Shown piece after piece: positions 1 to 10,626 of a DNA stretch of 64,000 nt (position 1 is its first letter; every line of letters starts with the position of its first letter). The DNA comes from Thermoanaerobaculia bacterium. GTDB taxonomy: Bacteria; Acidobacteriota; Thermoanaerobaculia; Multivoradales; SZUA-115. The DNA lies in the NCBI GenBank assembly GCA_036274895.1, contig DASUEU010000057.1, positions 5,807 through 69,806 of the forward strand, given 5' to 3'. Below the pieces are notes generated by a model. It was not told the origin of the DNA. It was given only the letters and a program-made list of their open reading frames with translations, and did no database searches. The position numbers and the translations under genes were made by a program.

Positions 1-20
1 AGTTCTCGGCGGATGCGCGG

Positions 21-356
21 ATGGTCGCCGCCGGTGAGTCGTTCCTCCGGCGGTCGCTGGAGGCCTTGCTCGACCTCGGTCGTCACGTGCTGGCCAAAGG
101 CTTCGGCAAGGTGATGCCGGAGTATGCCGCCGTGGCGGACGGCTTGCAGGCCCAGGGCGTTCTGCCACCGGAAAGCGCTGCCAAACTGCGGCTCATGGCG
201 CGCTACCGCAATCGGATGGTGCATTTCTACGACGACGTCACCCCACGCGAGCTCTACGACATCCTCACAAAGCAGCGGGGAGACGTGGCAGAGATCCTCG
301 CCGCCATCCGGACCTGGGTGGCTGCGCATCCGGCGCTTTGCGCCGAAGAGCTGTAG
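21..356 (+). CDS. HepT-like HEPN toxin (DUF86 family), possibly 5'-truncated by window edge
   Basis: RNRMVHFYDD matches the Rx4-6H HEPN motif of DUF86/HepT. The reading frame stays open upstream to position 3, so the start may lie outside the window. The partner nucleotidyltransferase antitoxin is expected upstream, outside the window. Confidence 0.55.
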   Translation: MVAAGESFLRRSLEALLDLGRHVLAKGFGKVMPEYAAVADGLQAQGVLPPESAAKLRLMARYRNRMVHFYDDVTPRELYDILTKQRGDVAEILAAIRTWVAAHPALCAEEL

Positions 357-369
357 CGGCTGGCGCCCC

Positions 370-3300
370 CTACGCCGCCCCCCCGCCCGCCCCCAGCACC
401 ACCCGCACCCGGCGTGCCTTGCCGTCGTCCAGCAGCGGAATCGCCGCCGGGCTGGCGGCCGAGCGAGCGATCGCCAGCCCATCGAGCTCGACGCGGGCCA
501 CGCCCCGGCAGCGCCGCTTGGGGTTCTCGACGACGATGGTGTAGAGCGTCCTGCCGAAGCGCCATTCGATGGAGAAGGTCGGCCACGACGACGGGATGCA
601 CGGGTTCACCGTGAAAAAGGCGCCGCGGCGCTCGAGCCCGAGGATCCCTTCCAGGGCCACCCGGTAGAGCCAACCGGCCGAGCCGGTGTACCAGGTCCAG
701 CCGCCGCGCCCGCGGTGGGCCGGGTGGTCGTAGACGTCCCCCGCGACGGCGTAGGGCTCGGTCTTGTACTGCTCGACCCGGCTCGGCGTCCGCGCGTGGT
801 TGATGGGGTTCAGCATGTGGAAAAGCTCCACCGCTTCGTCGCCGCTGCCGAGGCGTGTGAGGGCGAGCACGACCCACGCCGCCGCGTGGGTGTACTGCCC
901 GCCGTTTTCGCGGATGCCCGGAATATAGCCCTTGATGTAGCCCGGATCGAGAGCCGTGCGATCGAAGGGCGGCGAGAGCAGCAGGATGACCCCCGAGCCG
1001 CGCCGGACCAGGTGGGCACGCACGGCATCCATGGCCCGCTCGGCCCGCTTGCCGCGCGCGGCGCCCGACAGCACGGCCCAGGTCTGGGCCACGGAGTCGA
1101 TCTTCCCCTCGTCGTTCTGCGACGACCCCAGGGGCGTGCCGTCGTCGAAGTAGGCACGCCGGTACCACTCGCCGTCCCAGCTCTGCTCCAGCATGGTGCC
1201 CAACCGCTCGCGCTCGGCGCGGTAGCGCGCCGCTCGGGGCGCGTCACCCCGCTCTTCGCACCAGGGGGCGAAAGCTCCCAGGACGGCGTGGAGGAACCAG
1301 CCGACGAAGACGCTCTCCCCGCGACCCTCGGGGCCGACGTTGCTGAAGCCGTCGTTCCAGTCGCAGCTGCCGATCAGCGGCAGGCCGTGCGCACCCACGG
1401 TGAGGGCCCGATCCACCGCCCGCAGGCCGTGCTCGAAGAGGGTGCCCGTCTCCTGGGAGACGGTCGGGAGCCCGTACACCTCGGACTCTCCGGGCGGCAC
1501 GGCCGGCCCTTCGAGGAAAGGCACCTGCTGGTCGAGGACGCCGCGGTCGCCGGTGGCCTCGACGTACTCGGCGAGGGCGTACGGAAGCCAGAGGAGATCG
1601 TCCGAGCAACGGGTCCGGATGCCCTGACCGCCCGGGTCCGTGCCCGTCGGGGGGAGCCACCAGTGCTGGACGTCCCCCTCCACGAACTGGCGCGCGGCTG
1701 CCCGCAGGAGGTGCTCGCGGGTGAGGTCCGGCCGGGTGAAGAGGAGGGCCAGCACGTCCTGGAGCTGATCTCGGAAGCCGTAGGCACCGCCCGCCTGGGA
1801 GTAGCCGGAGCGCGCCCACAGGCGGCAGGCGAGGTTCTGGTAGAGGAGCCAGCGGTTGACCAGCAGGTCGAAGGAGTCGTCGGGGGTGGTGACGCGCACG
1901 GCGCCCAGCGTGTCCTCCCAGAAAGCCTCCACCCGGGCGAGCTCGGCCTCGGCGGCCGCGGCGCCGTCCTCGCCCGCGAAGGGCCGCAGCAGGGCGAGGG
2001 CCTCTGCCGCGTCCCGCCCCTGCCCGAGCAGGAACACCACGCGCCGGGTCGCACCGGGTTCGAGGTCCACCACAATCTGCAACGCCGCGCACGGGTCGAG
2101 ACCGGCGCCGAACCGGTTCAGCAGCAGCGGCCGGCCCAGCCCGGCCGCCCGCGCGAGCGAGCCGTTGCGGCCGAGAAACTCCAGCCGGTCGCCGGTGGCG
2201 GACAGCAGGGGCTCGCTCGCGGCGGCGAACGCGACGCGTTCCCGGTCGCGACCGTAGAGGTCGCGGGCCAGGACCGCTCCGGTCTCGCCGTCCTGCTCCG
2301 TGACGATGAACCTCGGACCGCCGGCCAGGGGGGGGCCGAGCAACCACTCGCAGTAGGAGAAGAGGGTGAGGCGCCGCGGGCGGTCGGAGCGGTTGGTCAG
2401 GCTCAGGAGGGACAGCTTCAGGGGCTCGTCCCGCGCCACGAAGACCGCCAGCTCCTGGTCGATGCCGCGCGCGGCGCGGGCGAAGCGCGTCACGCCGGCG
2501 GCGTGGCGCACCACCCAGCGCGGTGAGCGGGAGGTGCGCCCGAGGGGCGCCGGCGTGGCTCCCCACAGCGCGCCGCTCTCCTCGTCGCGAACGAAGATCG
2601 CCTCGGCCGTCGGGTCGCTGATCGGGTCGTTGGCGAACGGGGTGAGCCGGTTCTCCCGGCTGTTCTCAGCCCAGGTGTGGGCCGCCCCGGAGGTGGTGAC
2701 GATGCTGCCGAAGCCCGGGTTGGCGAGCACGTTGATCCAGGGCAGGGGGGTCTCTCGATCGCCCTCGAGGACGACGACGTACTCGCGCCCGTCGGGCGTG
2801 AAGCCGCCGAGACCGTTGCCGAGCAGCAGCGGCGGTGGCTCCCCTTCGGCCGCCGGCGCCGTCGTTTCGGGGGCCTCGTCGAGGGGCACGGTGCCGAGCG
2901 GCAGGGGAGGGTCGGTTCCCGGCCGGTCGAGCTGTTGCTCCAGGGTGCCGCGGTCGCCGGAGAGAACGGCCTGGGCGACCCCCTCGAGCAGCACCGTCTC
3001 GGCCTCCTGCATGGCCTCGGCCAGGAGCAGGAAGACGCCGCCGGGCTGGGCCTTCCAGGCGCTCCACGGGCCGGTGTCGAGCAGCTGCCCGAGCCCTTCG
3101 TTGATCGCCTCGCGGTAGCTCGCCGCGTGCTCGTTGAGGAGCACGACGTCCGCCCGCAGCCCCTTCAGGCGCCAGTGCTCGTGGGCGACGAGAACCTGCC
3201 GAACGAGCTCGAGGTCTTCGGGCTCGGCCACGCGGACGAGGACGATCGGCAGATCGCCCGAGATGCCGAACCGCCACAGACCGTCCTGCCCGAGGGTGTT

Positions 3301-6300
3301 CCTGGCCAGGGTCTCGCCGTCGGCGCGCAGGGAGGCGTCGGAGAAGAAGACCCGGGAGCCGAGTCGTTCGCAGAGCTGGGCCTCTCCGGCGGAGACCCCG
3401 AGATGGCGCAGGGACACCTGCGCCTGCGTGAAGGCCAGGGCGAAGACCCGGGCCGCGACGCCGTGGTCGTGGTACTTCTGGGCCGAGGCCAGTGCGGTCG
3501 GCTCGTCGGCGGCAACGCCGGTGGTGAACGAGACGCGGGCGAAGCCTCCGGGTGCCAGCCGCAGCCGGGTGCGCAGCGAGAGGATCGGGTCGAGCACCGC
3601 GCCGGTGGTCCCCGAGAGAGCGCGTCCGTTCATCGCCCTGGGGTTGTCGGGACCACGCCCCCGCCCCAGGAAGCGCATGCGATCGGTCTCCCACTCGACC
3701 TGCGCGTGGGTCGGTCCCTGCATGGCGAGCACGTGGAACCCCACCACCACCGGCTCGCCCGGCGAGCGCTGCCGGCGTCGCGCCAGCAGGGCCGTGTTCT
3801 CGGCGATCCACTCGGTCTCCACGAAGAGCTTGCCGAACGCGGGGTTGGCGACGTCCTCGGCGACCGACCCCAGACCCAGCTCGACGTAGCTCGTCAGCTC
3901 GATCTCGCGGGTGCGGTCGCTGCGGTTGGTCAGCGAGACGCGCCGGACCTCGGCATCGTCCCCGGGGGCGACGGCGATCTCGAGCCGCGTCAAGATCTCG
4001 TGGTCGAGCCGTTCGAAGGTCACCTTCTCGGCGAGGAGGTCCACCAGGTAGGTGTCGGGCTGCTTGGCGATGGGCTGGTAGGCCGCGGACCAGACGGCTC
4101 CGCTGTGGACGTCGCGCAGGTAGATGAACTGGCTTCCGGGATCGCGGGTGCGGTCCTGCCGCCAGCGCGTCACGGCGCGGCCGCGGCAGAAGCTCGTCCC
4201 GCCGCCGCCGTTGGTGACGATCGCGACGTAGCTGCCGTTCGAGAGGATCTGTGCCCGGGGGAAGGGCGTGTGGGGTGAGCGGAAGCGGCGCGGCGGGCGC
4301 GGCAGCGCGGGCGGCTCGGCCCGGGCCTCCTCGGCCGGCCGCGGGTCGATGACGGCGGCCTCGCGGGGGATCCGCTCCTGCAGCAGCAGCTCGGTCGCCT
4401 GGATGCGCCGGTCGGCATGGAACCGCTCGACCATCACGTCGGGCAGGAGGACGTTGGCGATGGCCACCAGCACCATCCCCTGGTGGTGCGCCATGTAGGT
4501 CTTCACGATCACGCCCGGGCCGCTGCTCGCGGCCGGAGAGTCGCCGCTCTCGTGCGGCTTGCGCACCGTGTAGTCGATGGCCTCGTAGTACCCGAGCGGC
4601 CCTTCGGCTCCCTCGGCTACCAGTCGTCGCAGGTTGCGCACGGCTTCGGCCGGCTCCAGGAGAGCGGCCAACGCCGTCGCGTAGGGGGCGACCACGAGCT
4701 CGTCGGCCAGCCCCCGTTTCAGCCCGAGGCCCGGGACGCCGAACTCCTTGTACTGGTAGTTGCCGAGCCGGTCGACCAGGTCGTAGGCGGACTCGGAGAT
4801 GCCCCACGGAGCCCGCCGCTCGCGACCGTATCGGATCTGGCGCCGGATGACCCTCCGGCAGCTCTGGTCGAGGAGCGTTCCCGGATACGTCCGCATCAGC
4901 AGGAGCGGCATCAGGTACTCGAACATCGTCGCGCTCCAGGAAACAAGCGTCGGCACGCCGCCCACGCTGACGACCAGCCGTCCGAGGTGAAACCAGTGGC
5001 TCTGCGGGACGTCGCCCTTGGCGATGGCGAAGAAGCTCGCCAGGCGCGACTCCGAGGCCAGGAGGTCGTAGAAGGCGCTGTCCATTCGCCCGGGCCCGTT
5101 GGCGTCGGCCAGGCGATAGCCGATCGAGAAGAGCTGACGCTGGCGGTCGTAGAGGAAGGCGAAGCGCATCCCGTCCGCGAGCGTCGCCGCGCGCCGTGCA
5201 ACGTCGCACAGCCGAGGTGCCAGGTCCGGTTGCGCCGCAGCCAGCTGCCGGCACCCTTCCGCCAGGGCCAGCAGGGCCCCCGCGAGATTGCCGCTGTCGA
5301 CCGTGGACACGTAGCGCGGCGAGAGGGGCGAGAGGCTCTGGGTGTCGTACCAGTTCAGCAGGTGACCCTCGTGGCGCTCCAGCCCTTCGACCGTGGTCAG
5401 GGTCCGGTCGAGCCGTTCGACCAGGGCCTGCGCCGGCAGCAGGCCCAGGTCGTGCGCCGCGAGCGTGGCGAGGAGCCCCATGCCGATGTTGGTCGGCGAG
5501 GTGCGGTGGGCCACCGGGGGCGCTCGTCCTTCCTGGAGGTTGTCGGGCGGCAGCCAGTGATCCTCGGGGCCGGCCAGGGTCTCGAAATAGAGCCAGGTCT
5601 TCTGCGCCACCGCCATCAAGAGCTGACGGTCCTCCGGCGATGGCTGGCTGCGGCGCGGCACCGTCGACCGGCTGAGCCAGTAGGCGCCGGCGGGTGCCGC
5701 CAGCCACAGGGCGAGGAACGGCAGGGCGAGAGGAAGGGCGCCGGGCCGCACCGCGCCGACCGAGGCCAAAAGCCCCAGGGCCGCGAGCGGGCTCGCCGCC
5801 ATCTCGACGAAGAAAGAGCGGATCCCCTGCCGCAGCAGGCCGGCGGCGCGCGCCCCCTGGGAGGCCGCGGTCTCCCACTCGAGCAGGCGGCGCCGGGTGA
5901 TGACCAACCGGACGAGCGTCAGGGCGATGGCGTGCACCATCTCCCAGGCCTGGAAGGGCAGGAAGACCAGGGTCAGGAGCGACTGCCCGAAGGCGGTGGC
6001 CAGATCCTCCAGGAGGCCCCGAAGGTGGATGCGAGCCCCCTCGCGCGAGGAGCGCCGCCGCGAGATCTGGAGCAGGGCGACCAGGAGGGGGAAGGCGACG
6101 ACGGCGAGACCGCCGAGGGTCCAGACCAGCGGGCTCCCCGGCAGGAAGGTCCACGCCGCGGCGAAGAAAGCGAGCAGCGCGGGGGGTACGAGGCTGCGCC
6201 GGAGGTTGTCGAAGATCTGCCACTGGCTGATGAGCGGCAGACGGTTCTTGATGAAGCCCTGGGGTGTCGGGACCACCGGCAAGAGCCAGGCGAGGATCTG

Positions 6301-8571
6301 CCAGTCGCCGCGCACCCAGCGGTGCTGCCGGCGGGCGTGCGCGAGGACGTTGGCGGGGTAGTCGTCCACCACCTCGACGTCGGAGACCAGCGCGGTCCGG
6401 GCGTGCAGTCCCTCGAAAAGATCGTGCGACAGCAGTGCGTTCTCGGGGACGCGCCAGCCCACCGTGGCCTGGAAGGCGTCGACGTCGTAGAGCCCCTTGC
6501 CGGTGAAGATCCCCGTACCGAACAGGTCCTGGTAGGTGTCCGAGACCGCCGTCGTGTAGGGATCGACGCCGGTGTGCCCGGCGTACACCCGGGCGAAGAG
6601 AGAGCCGGCGGCGCTGGCGAGGTTGACGCTCACGCGCGGCTGGAGGATGCCGTAGCCCTCGGTGACCCGCCTCAGGGCGGCGTCGACCACGGGCCGGTTG
6701 AGGGGATGGGCGAGGATCCCGATCAGGGTCCTGGCGGCACCTCTCGGCAGCCGCGTGTCGGCATCGAGGGTGAGGACGTAGCGCACGGACGGGAGGATGG
6801 CAACGTCCCCGACCTTGACGCAGGAGTGGGCGTCCGTGGGGCAACGCAAGAGGCGGTTGAGCTCCTCGATCTTGCCCCGCTTGCGCTCCCAGCCCATGAA
6901 CACGCCCTCTTTCGGGTTCCACTGGCGGTCGCGGTGGATCAGGTAGAAGCGGTCGCCGCTGCCGGGCCGGTGTGAGGGTCCGTGGCGGCGATTCAGCGCT
7001 TCGATGCCGGCCACCGCGGCGGCCAGGATCTCGTGGTCACCAGCCACCGAGAGCGTCCGCGCGTCCTCGAGATCGCTCAGGATCGCGAAGTGGATCCAGG
7101 GGTCGAGGTTGCCGAGGGCCTGGACCTCCAGGTGCGCCAGCAGCCGCTCGACCTCGCCAACGCTGCCGAGCAGCACCGGCACCACCACCATGGTGCGGGC
7201 GCTCTCGGGGATCCCTTCCGAGAAGTCGAGACGGGGGAGGCGCAGCGGCGGAACGAGCGCGGCGACCACCCGCTGGACGAGCAGCACGGCGAGCTCGCTC
7301 GCGGGAAGCAGCACCAGGAGGGCCGCGGCCAGCGCCATCCCCGGGCCGCCCGTCGAGTCGGCCCAGGCGTACGCGGCGAGCACGCCGCCCGCCGTCAGCA
7401 GGCCGATGCTGCCGAGGTAGGCCGCCGTTGCATGGGCGAAGGCCCAATGACGGAGCCGCTCGGCGAGGCGCGGCCGGTAGGCCACGTCGATCTCGAGACC
7501 GCTCCGGCCCGTGCCGATCAGGTGATGGCCGACGTGCGCCGCCGGGTCACCGGCCCCCGCGCGCTCCGCGGCCCGGCGGGCGCTCTCGACGGTGCGCAGG
7601 GCTACCCGCACCTGCGCCTCGCCGGTCGGTTGGGCGAGATCCTCCACGGCGTGCCGGTAGCGGTCGCGGCTGGCGAAGTCCATCCGGGGATAGGCCCCGG
7701 CGGGGTCTCGCCGCAGGACCTCCTCCACCGGGCTGACCTGCTCGACGAAGCGGCTCCAGTCGTGCGTGCCGCAGAACCGCAGGCTGGTCACCGTGTTGCC
7801 GGTGGAGACCTCCTCGGTGGCCTGGCGCTGGTTCTCGGCGCGCACCGCGTCCTCGGGTGTCGTTCCCGTCGCCGCCAGCGCCTGCTCCACCGCCGCGGCG
7901 AGGGGGGAGACGCGGGGGTCGTGCTCGCGCATTCGCTGGCGCAGCTGCGCCACGAAGGCGCTCGGCAGCGGCTCGGGGAGGGGACCGGGAGGGTCACCGT
8001 GCTCCAGCCGTGCGAAGGCACGGTCCGCCTCCAGGCGAGCCGCCCGCCCGGCCAGCAAGCCGTCGGTCAGGACCCTGAGGTTCTCGAGCAGGGCCAGCTT
8101 GAGCACGCTGGGCAAGGCCCAGAGCTCGCCGATGGTCAACGGCGCCACGGTCTGGAAGGCGAGGACGAAACGGGTGAGGCGCTCGGCGTCGAGGCGACCG
8201 TCGCCGTGCCGGATCAGCTCGAGCGCCAGGGCATGGATGCGGGCCTTGCCCGCGAGCTCGCGCGCCGCGAGCTTGGGCAGCGTCCGGTAGTAGCGGACGG
8301 GAAGATCCCGCCGCACGGCGCGCCCCTCCGACTCGACGAGGTGGAAGTTGTCGAGCAGCCACTCGGCGGCCGGAGGCACGGCGACGCCCCGGTGGACGTC
8401 GTCAGCGAGGGAGCCGTAGGCCGAAGCGAGGACCCGCCGGTTCTCGTCCAGCCGGGGCAGCACGCTCGGCCCGCCCGTGCGCGCGGCCGGCCTCAGCGTG
8501 AAGACGGCGGCGAGAGTCTTCGCCCGTTCCTCGAGGCCCTCGAGGCTCAACAGCTCGCCCCGGAGAGGCAT
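370..8571 (-). CDS. ndvB: cyclic beta-1,2-glucan synthase (GT2 plus GH94 phosphorylase-like domains), ~2733 aa
   Basis: Single 8.2-kb ORF with multiple TM segments in the N-terminal half. GT2 signature around [24 protein letters not shown]-terminal GH94/cellobiose-phosphorylase-like catalytic region ([23 protein letters not shown]). Size and architecture are typical of NdvB/ChvB/Cgs. Confidence 0.85.
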   Translation of the reverse strand: MPLRGELLSLEGLEERAKTLAAVFTLRPAARTGGPSVLPRLDENRRVLASAYGSLADDVHRGVAVPPAAEWLLDNFHLVESEGRAVRRDLPVRYYRTLPKLAARELAGKARIHALALELIRHGDGRLDAERLTRFVLAFQTVAPLTIGELWALPSVLKLALLENLRVLTDGLLAGRAARLEADRAFARLEHGDPPGPLPEPLPSAFVAQLRQRMREHDPRVSPLAAAVEQALAATGTTPEDAVRAENQRQATEEVSTGNTVTSLRFCGTHDWSRFVEQVSPVEEVLRRDPAGAYPRMDFASRDRYRHAVEDLAQPTGEAQVRVALRTVESARRAAERAGAGDPAAHVGHHLIGTGRSGLEIDVAYRPRLAERLRHWAFAHATAAYLGSIGLLTAGGVLAAYAWADSTGGPGMALAAALLVLLPASELAVLLVQRVVAALVPPLRLPRLDFSEGIPESARTMVVVPVLLGSVGEVERLLAHLEVQALGNLDPWIHFAILSDLEDARTLSVAGDHEILAAAVAGIEALNRRHGPSHRPGSGDRFYLIHRDRQWNPKEGVFMGWERKRGKIEELNRLLRCPTDAHSCVKVGDVAILPSVRYVLTLDADTRLPRGAARTLIGILAHPLNRPVVDAALRRVTEGYGILQPRVSVNLASAAGSLFARVYAGHTGVDPYTTAVSDTYQDLFGTGIFTGKGLYDVDAFQATVGWRVPENALLSHDLFEGLHARTALVSDVEVVDDYPANVLAHARRQHRWVRGDWQILAWLLPVVPTPQGFIKNRLPLISQWQIFDNLRRSLVPPALLAFFAAAWTFLPGSPLVWTLGGLAVVAFPLLVALLQISRRRSSREGARIHLRGLLEDLATAFGQSLLTLVFLPFQAWEMVHAIALTLVRLVITRRRLLEWETAASQGARAAGLLRQGIRSFFVEMAASPLAALGLLASVGAVRPGALPLALPFLALWLAAPAGAYWLSRSTVPRRSQPSPEDRQLLMAVAQKTWLYFETLAGPEDHWLPPDNLQEGRAPPVAHRTSPTNIGMGLLATLAAHDLGLLPAQALVERLDRTLTTVEGLERHEGHLLNWYDTQSLSPLSPRYVSTVDSGNLAGALLALAEGCRQLAAAQPDLAPRLCDVARRAATLADGMRFAFLYDRQRQLFSIGYRLADANGPGRMDSAFYDLLASESRLASFFAIAKGDVPQSHWFHLGRLVVSVGGVPTLVSWSATMFEYLMPLLLMRTYPGTLLDQSCRRVIRRQIRYGRERRAPWGISESAYDLVDRLGNYQYKEFGVPGLGLKRGLADELVVAPYATALAALLEPAEAVRNLRRLVAEGAEGPLGYYEAIDYTVRKPHESGDSPAASSGPGVIVKTYMAHHQGMVLVAIANVLLPDVMVERFHADRRIQATELLLQERIPREAAVIDPRPAEEARAEPPALPRPPRRFRSPHTPFPRAQILSNGSYVAIVTNGGGGTSFCRGRAVTRWRQDRTRDPGSQFIYLRDVHSGAVWSAAYQPIAKQPDTYLVDLLAEKVTFERLDHEILTRLEIAVAPGDDAEVRRVSLTNRSDRTREIELTSYVELGLGSVAEDVANPAFGKLFVETEWIAENTALLARRRQRSPGEPVVVGFHVLAMQGPTHAQVEWETDRMRFLGRGRGPDNPRAMNGRALSGTTGAVLDPILSLRTRLRLAPGGFARVSFTTGVAADEPTALASAQKYHDHGVAARVFALAFTQAQVSLRHLGVSAGEAQLCERLGSRVFFSDASLRADGETLARNTLGQDGLWRFGISGDLPIVLVRVAEPEDLELVRQVLVAHEHWRLKGLRADVVLLNEHAASYREAINEGLGQLLDTGPWSAWKAQPGGVFLLLAEAMQEAETVLLEGVAQAVLSGDRGTLEQQLDRPGTDPPLPLGTVPLDEAPETTAPAAEGEPPPLLLGNGLGGFTPDGREYVVVLEGDRETPLPWINVLANPGFGSIVTTSGAAHTWAENSRENRLTPFANDPISDPTAEAIFVRDEESGALWGATPAPLGRTSRSPRWVVRHAAGVTRFARAARGIDQELAVFVARDEPLKLSLLSLTNRSDRPRRLTLFSYCEWLLGPPLAGGPRFIVTEQDGETGAVLARDLYGRDRERVAFAAASEPLLSATGDRLEFLGRNGSLARAAGLGRPLLLNRFGAGLDPCAALQIVVDLEPGATRRVVFLLGQGRDAAEALALLRPFAGEDGAAAAEAELARVEAFWEDTLGAVRVTTPDDSFDLLVNRWLLYQNLACRLWARSGYSQAGGAYGFRDQLQDVLALLFTRPDLTREHLLRAAARQFVEGDVQHWWLPPTGTDPGGQGIRTRCSDDLLWLPYALAEYVEATGDRGVLDQQVPFLEGPAVPPGESEVYGLPTVSQETGTLFEHGLRAVDRALTVGAHGLPLIGSCDWNDGFSNVGPEGRGESVFVGWFLHAVLGAFAPWCEERGDAPRAARYRAERERLGTMLEQSWDGEWYRRAYFDDGTPLGSSQNDEGKIDSVAQTWAVLSGAARGKRAERAMDAVRAHLVRRGSGVILLLSPPFDRTALDPGYIKGYIPGIRENGGQYTHAAAWVVLALTRLGSGDEAVELFHMLNPINHARTPSRVEQYKTEPYAVAGDVYDHPAHRGRGGWTWYTGSAGWLYRVALEGILGLERRGAFFTVNPCIPSSWPTFSIEWRFGRTLYTIVVENPKRRCRGVARVELDGLAIARSAASPAAIPLLDDGKARRVRVVLGAGGGAA

Positions 8572-8573
8572 GG

Positions 8574-9059
8574 CTACTTCGGGACGTCGCCGTCCGAACA
8601 GTGATCACCCCCTGCGTAAGGTCCAACGTCTGTCAACCCGGCTCCGAGCGCCGCCAACCGCGAGCTTTGGTCGTCGAGCCAGGCGAGAAGGGTTTCGTCT
8701 GCGGCGTCTCTCGGCGGCAGCTGGAGGCACTGGCTTTCCGAGCCATGGCCTGGATGGCCGGTCCCGCGGGTCACCTGGCCAACGCGCTTCGCCGTCTCGA
8801 ACAAGCGCCCGGCGAGGTCGAATGCCTGCTCCCGCCAGACCACCTGCTCCGCTCGCAAAGCCCGGTTCTCGTGCCTGGCTGCACCGGTTGCGCGAGCTGT
8901 CAGGAAGCCGTCGAGACCGACCAGCGAACCACCGGCAACCACGATCAGGCCGGCGATGCCGAGGGCGAGCAGCAGGCGCCGAGCGACTCGCCAGGCACCC
9001 TTGGCGCTCGGCACGTCATCGGCCCGAGAGCTTCCGGCGGGGACGACTGCGCGTGGCAT
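8574..9059 (-). CDS. hypothetical single-pass membrane protein, translationally coupled to glucan synthase
   Basis: Stop codon TAG lies 2 nt before the ndvB ATG (8569-8571). One predicted TM helix ([21 protein letters not shown]). No recognisable family. Confidence 0.35.
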   Translation of the reverse strand: MPRAVVPAGSSRADDVPSAKGAWRVARRLLLALGIAGLIVVAGGSLVGLDGFLTARATGAARHENRALRAEQVVWREQAFDLAGRLFETAKRVGQVTRGTGHPGHGSESQCLQLPPRDAADETLLAWLDDQSSRLAALGAGLTDVGPYAGGDHCSDGDVPK

Positions 9060-9214
9060 GGGAGACCGTCCTTTCCAGAACGCTCTCCGAGACTAGTTTT
9101 CGGATCCCGCACCGGGAAGAGCACTTTCTACCCTGGAGCAGGGCCGCGGCCCGGGTAGAAACTACCGCCCCGGCGCACCCGCTCGGGCCCTCTGCCCGTG
9201 CCTGCTGCCTCCCC

Positions 9215-9895
9215 TCAGCCCCAGCGGACCGCCTTGTCCAGGGAGCGGGCGGCCACGTAGCGCTCGTTGACGATCTGGGTCTGCTCGATGGTCCAGGAGA
9301 GGTCGGGGTTCAGGATGGCGGTCATCGAGTAGACGTTGGGCGGGAACTGGATCTGCGCCGGCGCGTTCATGGTCGTCACGTCGATGACCTCGCCCTCGAC
9401 GTAGTTGCCGAAGGCGATCCAGTACTCCGGATGCGGGGTGAACACGGCGTTGACGTTCGCCATGGCCTGGACGACGTAGGTCGCCGAGCCGGCCATGCCG
9501 ATGCCGACCGACGCCACGTTGGAGGGGATGGTGCGGTCCTGGACCACGTTGAGCGACCCGGGCTGCGAGGCCTTGGTCTGGTTCGCGAAGGTGAAGGCAC
9601 CGTGCTGGGCGTCGTAGGTCAAGGTCACCTGGTTGGAGGTGGTGAGGTCCGCCGGCCAGTACTGCGAGGCGGCCACCACGATCCCCGGGGTCAGCACGCC
9701 GGTCTGGCTCCAGACGAAGCCGTACTCGATCTGCCACTGGAAGCTCACCGAGGTGGTCGGGTAGGCGTACTTGGTCATCCAGGCCAGGGGCATGCCGGCG
9801 TTGTCGAAGCTGGGGTTCTGCTGGTAGAGGCTCGCCGAGCCCGGGTTCTGGGAGTTGTTCTTGAAGATCACCGTGTATTGAAAGCCGTTGGCCAT
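9215..9895 (-). CDS. hypothetical protein; Cys-free, low-charge, N/Q/S/T/V-rich, 226 aa
   Basis: ATG at 9893-9895 lies 10 nt after the stop of the upstream selenoprotein gene, with a GGAGA RBS between them, so the two are co-transcribed. Codon usage is consistent with coding. No signal peptide and no family recognised. Confidence 0.5.
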   Translation of the reverse strand: MANGFQYTVIFKNNSQNPGSASLYQQNPSFDNAGMPLAWMTKYAYPTTSVSFQWQIEYGFVWSQTGVLTPGIVVAASQYWPADLTTSNQVTLTYDAQHGAFTFANQTKASQPGSLNVVQDRTIPSNVASVGIGMAGSATYVVQAMANVNAVFTPHPEYWIAFGNYVEGEVIDVTTMNAPAQIQFPPNVYSMTAILNPDLSWTIEQTQIVNERYVAARSLDKAVRWG

Positions 9896-9905
9896 CTTGG
9901 TCTCC

Positions 9906-10478
9906 TCACGCTGCGGTTGGGTCCCGGCCCACGCCGAGGGCGTCGGCCACGCGATTGATGTAGTTGAACCACGAAGCGATCAGGGTGATCTGGAGGATCG
10001 CTCGGTCGTCGAAGCCGTGGGCGCGCAGGCCCTCGTGGTCACCCGGGCTGATCCCCGTCGCATCACGGGTCAGCTGGGTCGCGTAGTCCAGCATGGCCCG
10101 ATCGGCCACCGAGATCGGGGCGTTCTCGTAGTCCGCCACCAGCGCCTCCACCAGGGCTTCGTCCAGGGTTACGGCACGCAGAAACTCTGCGTGAGCGCCC
10201 AGTCAGTACTGGCACCGGTTGACCGCCGAGACCCGGGTGGTGATCATCTCCTGCTGCCGCCGGGTGAGGGGCAGCTCCGGGGACAGCAGCGTGCCGAAGG
10301 TCGCGAACGCGTGGAAGAGGGCGTCCGGGATCAGCGTGTGGGTGGCCACGATGCTGCTGCTGCCATCATCCCCAGGGGCGCGGTCGTACTCCTTGGGGTA
10401 GAGGGCGCGCTGGCCTTCGATGGCCCGGCGCAGGGCATCGTCGGCCTGATCGAAGGGAATCGTCTTGATCCAGGCCAT
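9906..10478 (-). CDS. AhpD/carboxymuconolactone-decarboxylase-family (peroxidase-related) selenoprotein, CxxU motif, ~190 aa with in-frame UGA (Sec) at 10203..10205
   Basis: ORF-track fragments 10203..10523 and 9906..10151 are in the same frame, separated only by TGA. The read-through gives ...[24 protein letters not shown]..., i.e. the family active-site motif CxxCxxxH with U replacing the second Cys. N-terminus [11 protein letters not shown] is typical of this family. GAGGAGGAG RBS precedes ATG at 10476-10478. A hairpin follows the UGA. Confidence 0.7.
10175..10193 (-). other. putative bacterial SECIS hairpin (7-bp stem CACGCAG/CUGCGUG, loop AGUUU) starting 9 nt 3' of the UGA
   Basis: mRNA sense: UGA CUG GGC GCU CAC GCA GAG UUU CUG CGU GCC. 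Perfect 7-bp stem. The apical loop holds G and U residues ~17-21 nt downstream of UGA, as in the fdhF-type SECIS. Confidence 0.5.
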
Positions 10479-10626
10479 CGGGTCTCCTCCTCGGGATCCA
10501 GGAAGGGAACTTCCTCGGATCATGCTGGACGGTTCTGCCCATCGACTCTACCTGTTCTCCCGCGGCAGCGGTCCCCGCGCTAGACTAGGGCCTCACATCC
10601 AGCCACTTGCCGCCGAGGAGAGTCCG

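Noticed and set aside
124-6975. Long ORFs inside the ndvB locus (124..2526 +, 2666..6922 -, 4417..6975 +, 2677..4278 +, 1244..2566 -)
   Set aside because: All are R/P/G/A-rich low-complexity translations typical of wrong-frame or antisense reading of a high-GC gene. They are fully embedded in the 370..8571 minus-strand ORF, which has coherent glucan-synthase domains.
9906-10523. Calling 9906..10151 and 10203..10523 as two separate small genes or a frameshifted pseudogene
   Set aside because: They are in the same frame, separated by a single TGA that falls on the conserved second Cys of the CxxC motif and is followed by a SECIS-like hairpin. A selenoprotein explains this better. The first 15 codons of 10203..10523 are an upstream extension; the real start is MAWIKT with a strong RBS.
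10465-10626. N-terminal 54-residue extension of the metallophosphoesterase ORF
   Set aside because: It overlaps the divergent selenoprotein start region. The lipoprotein signal peptide with RBS begins at 10627.
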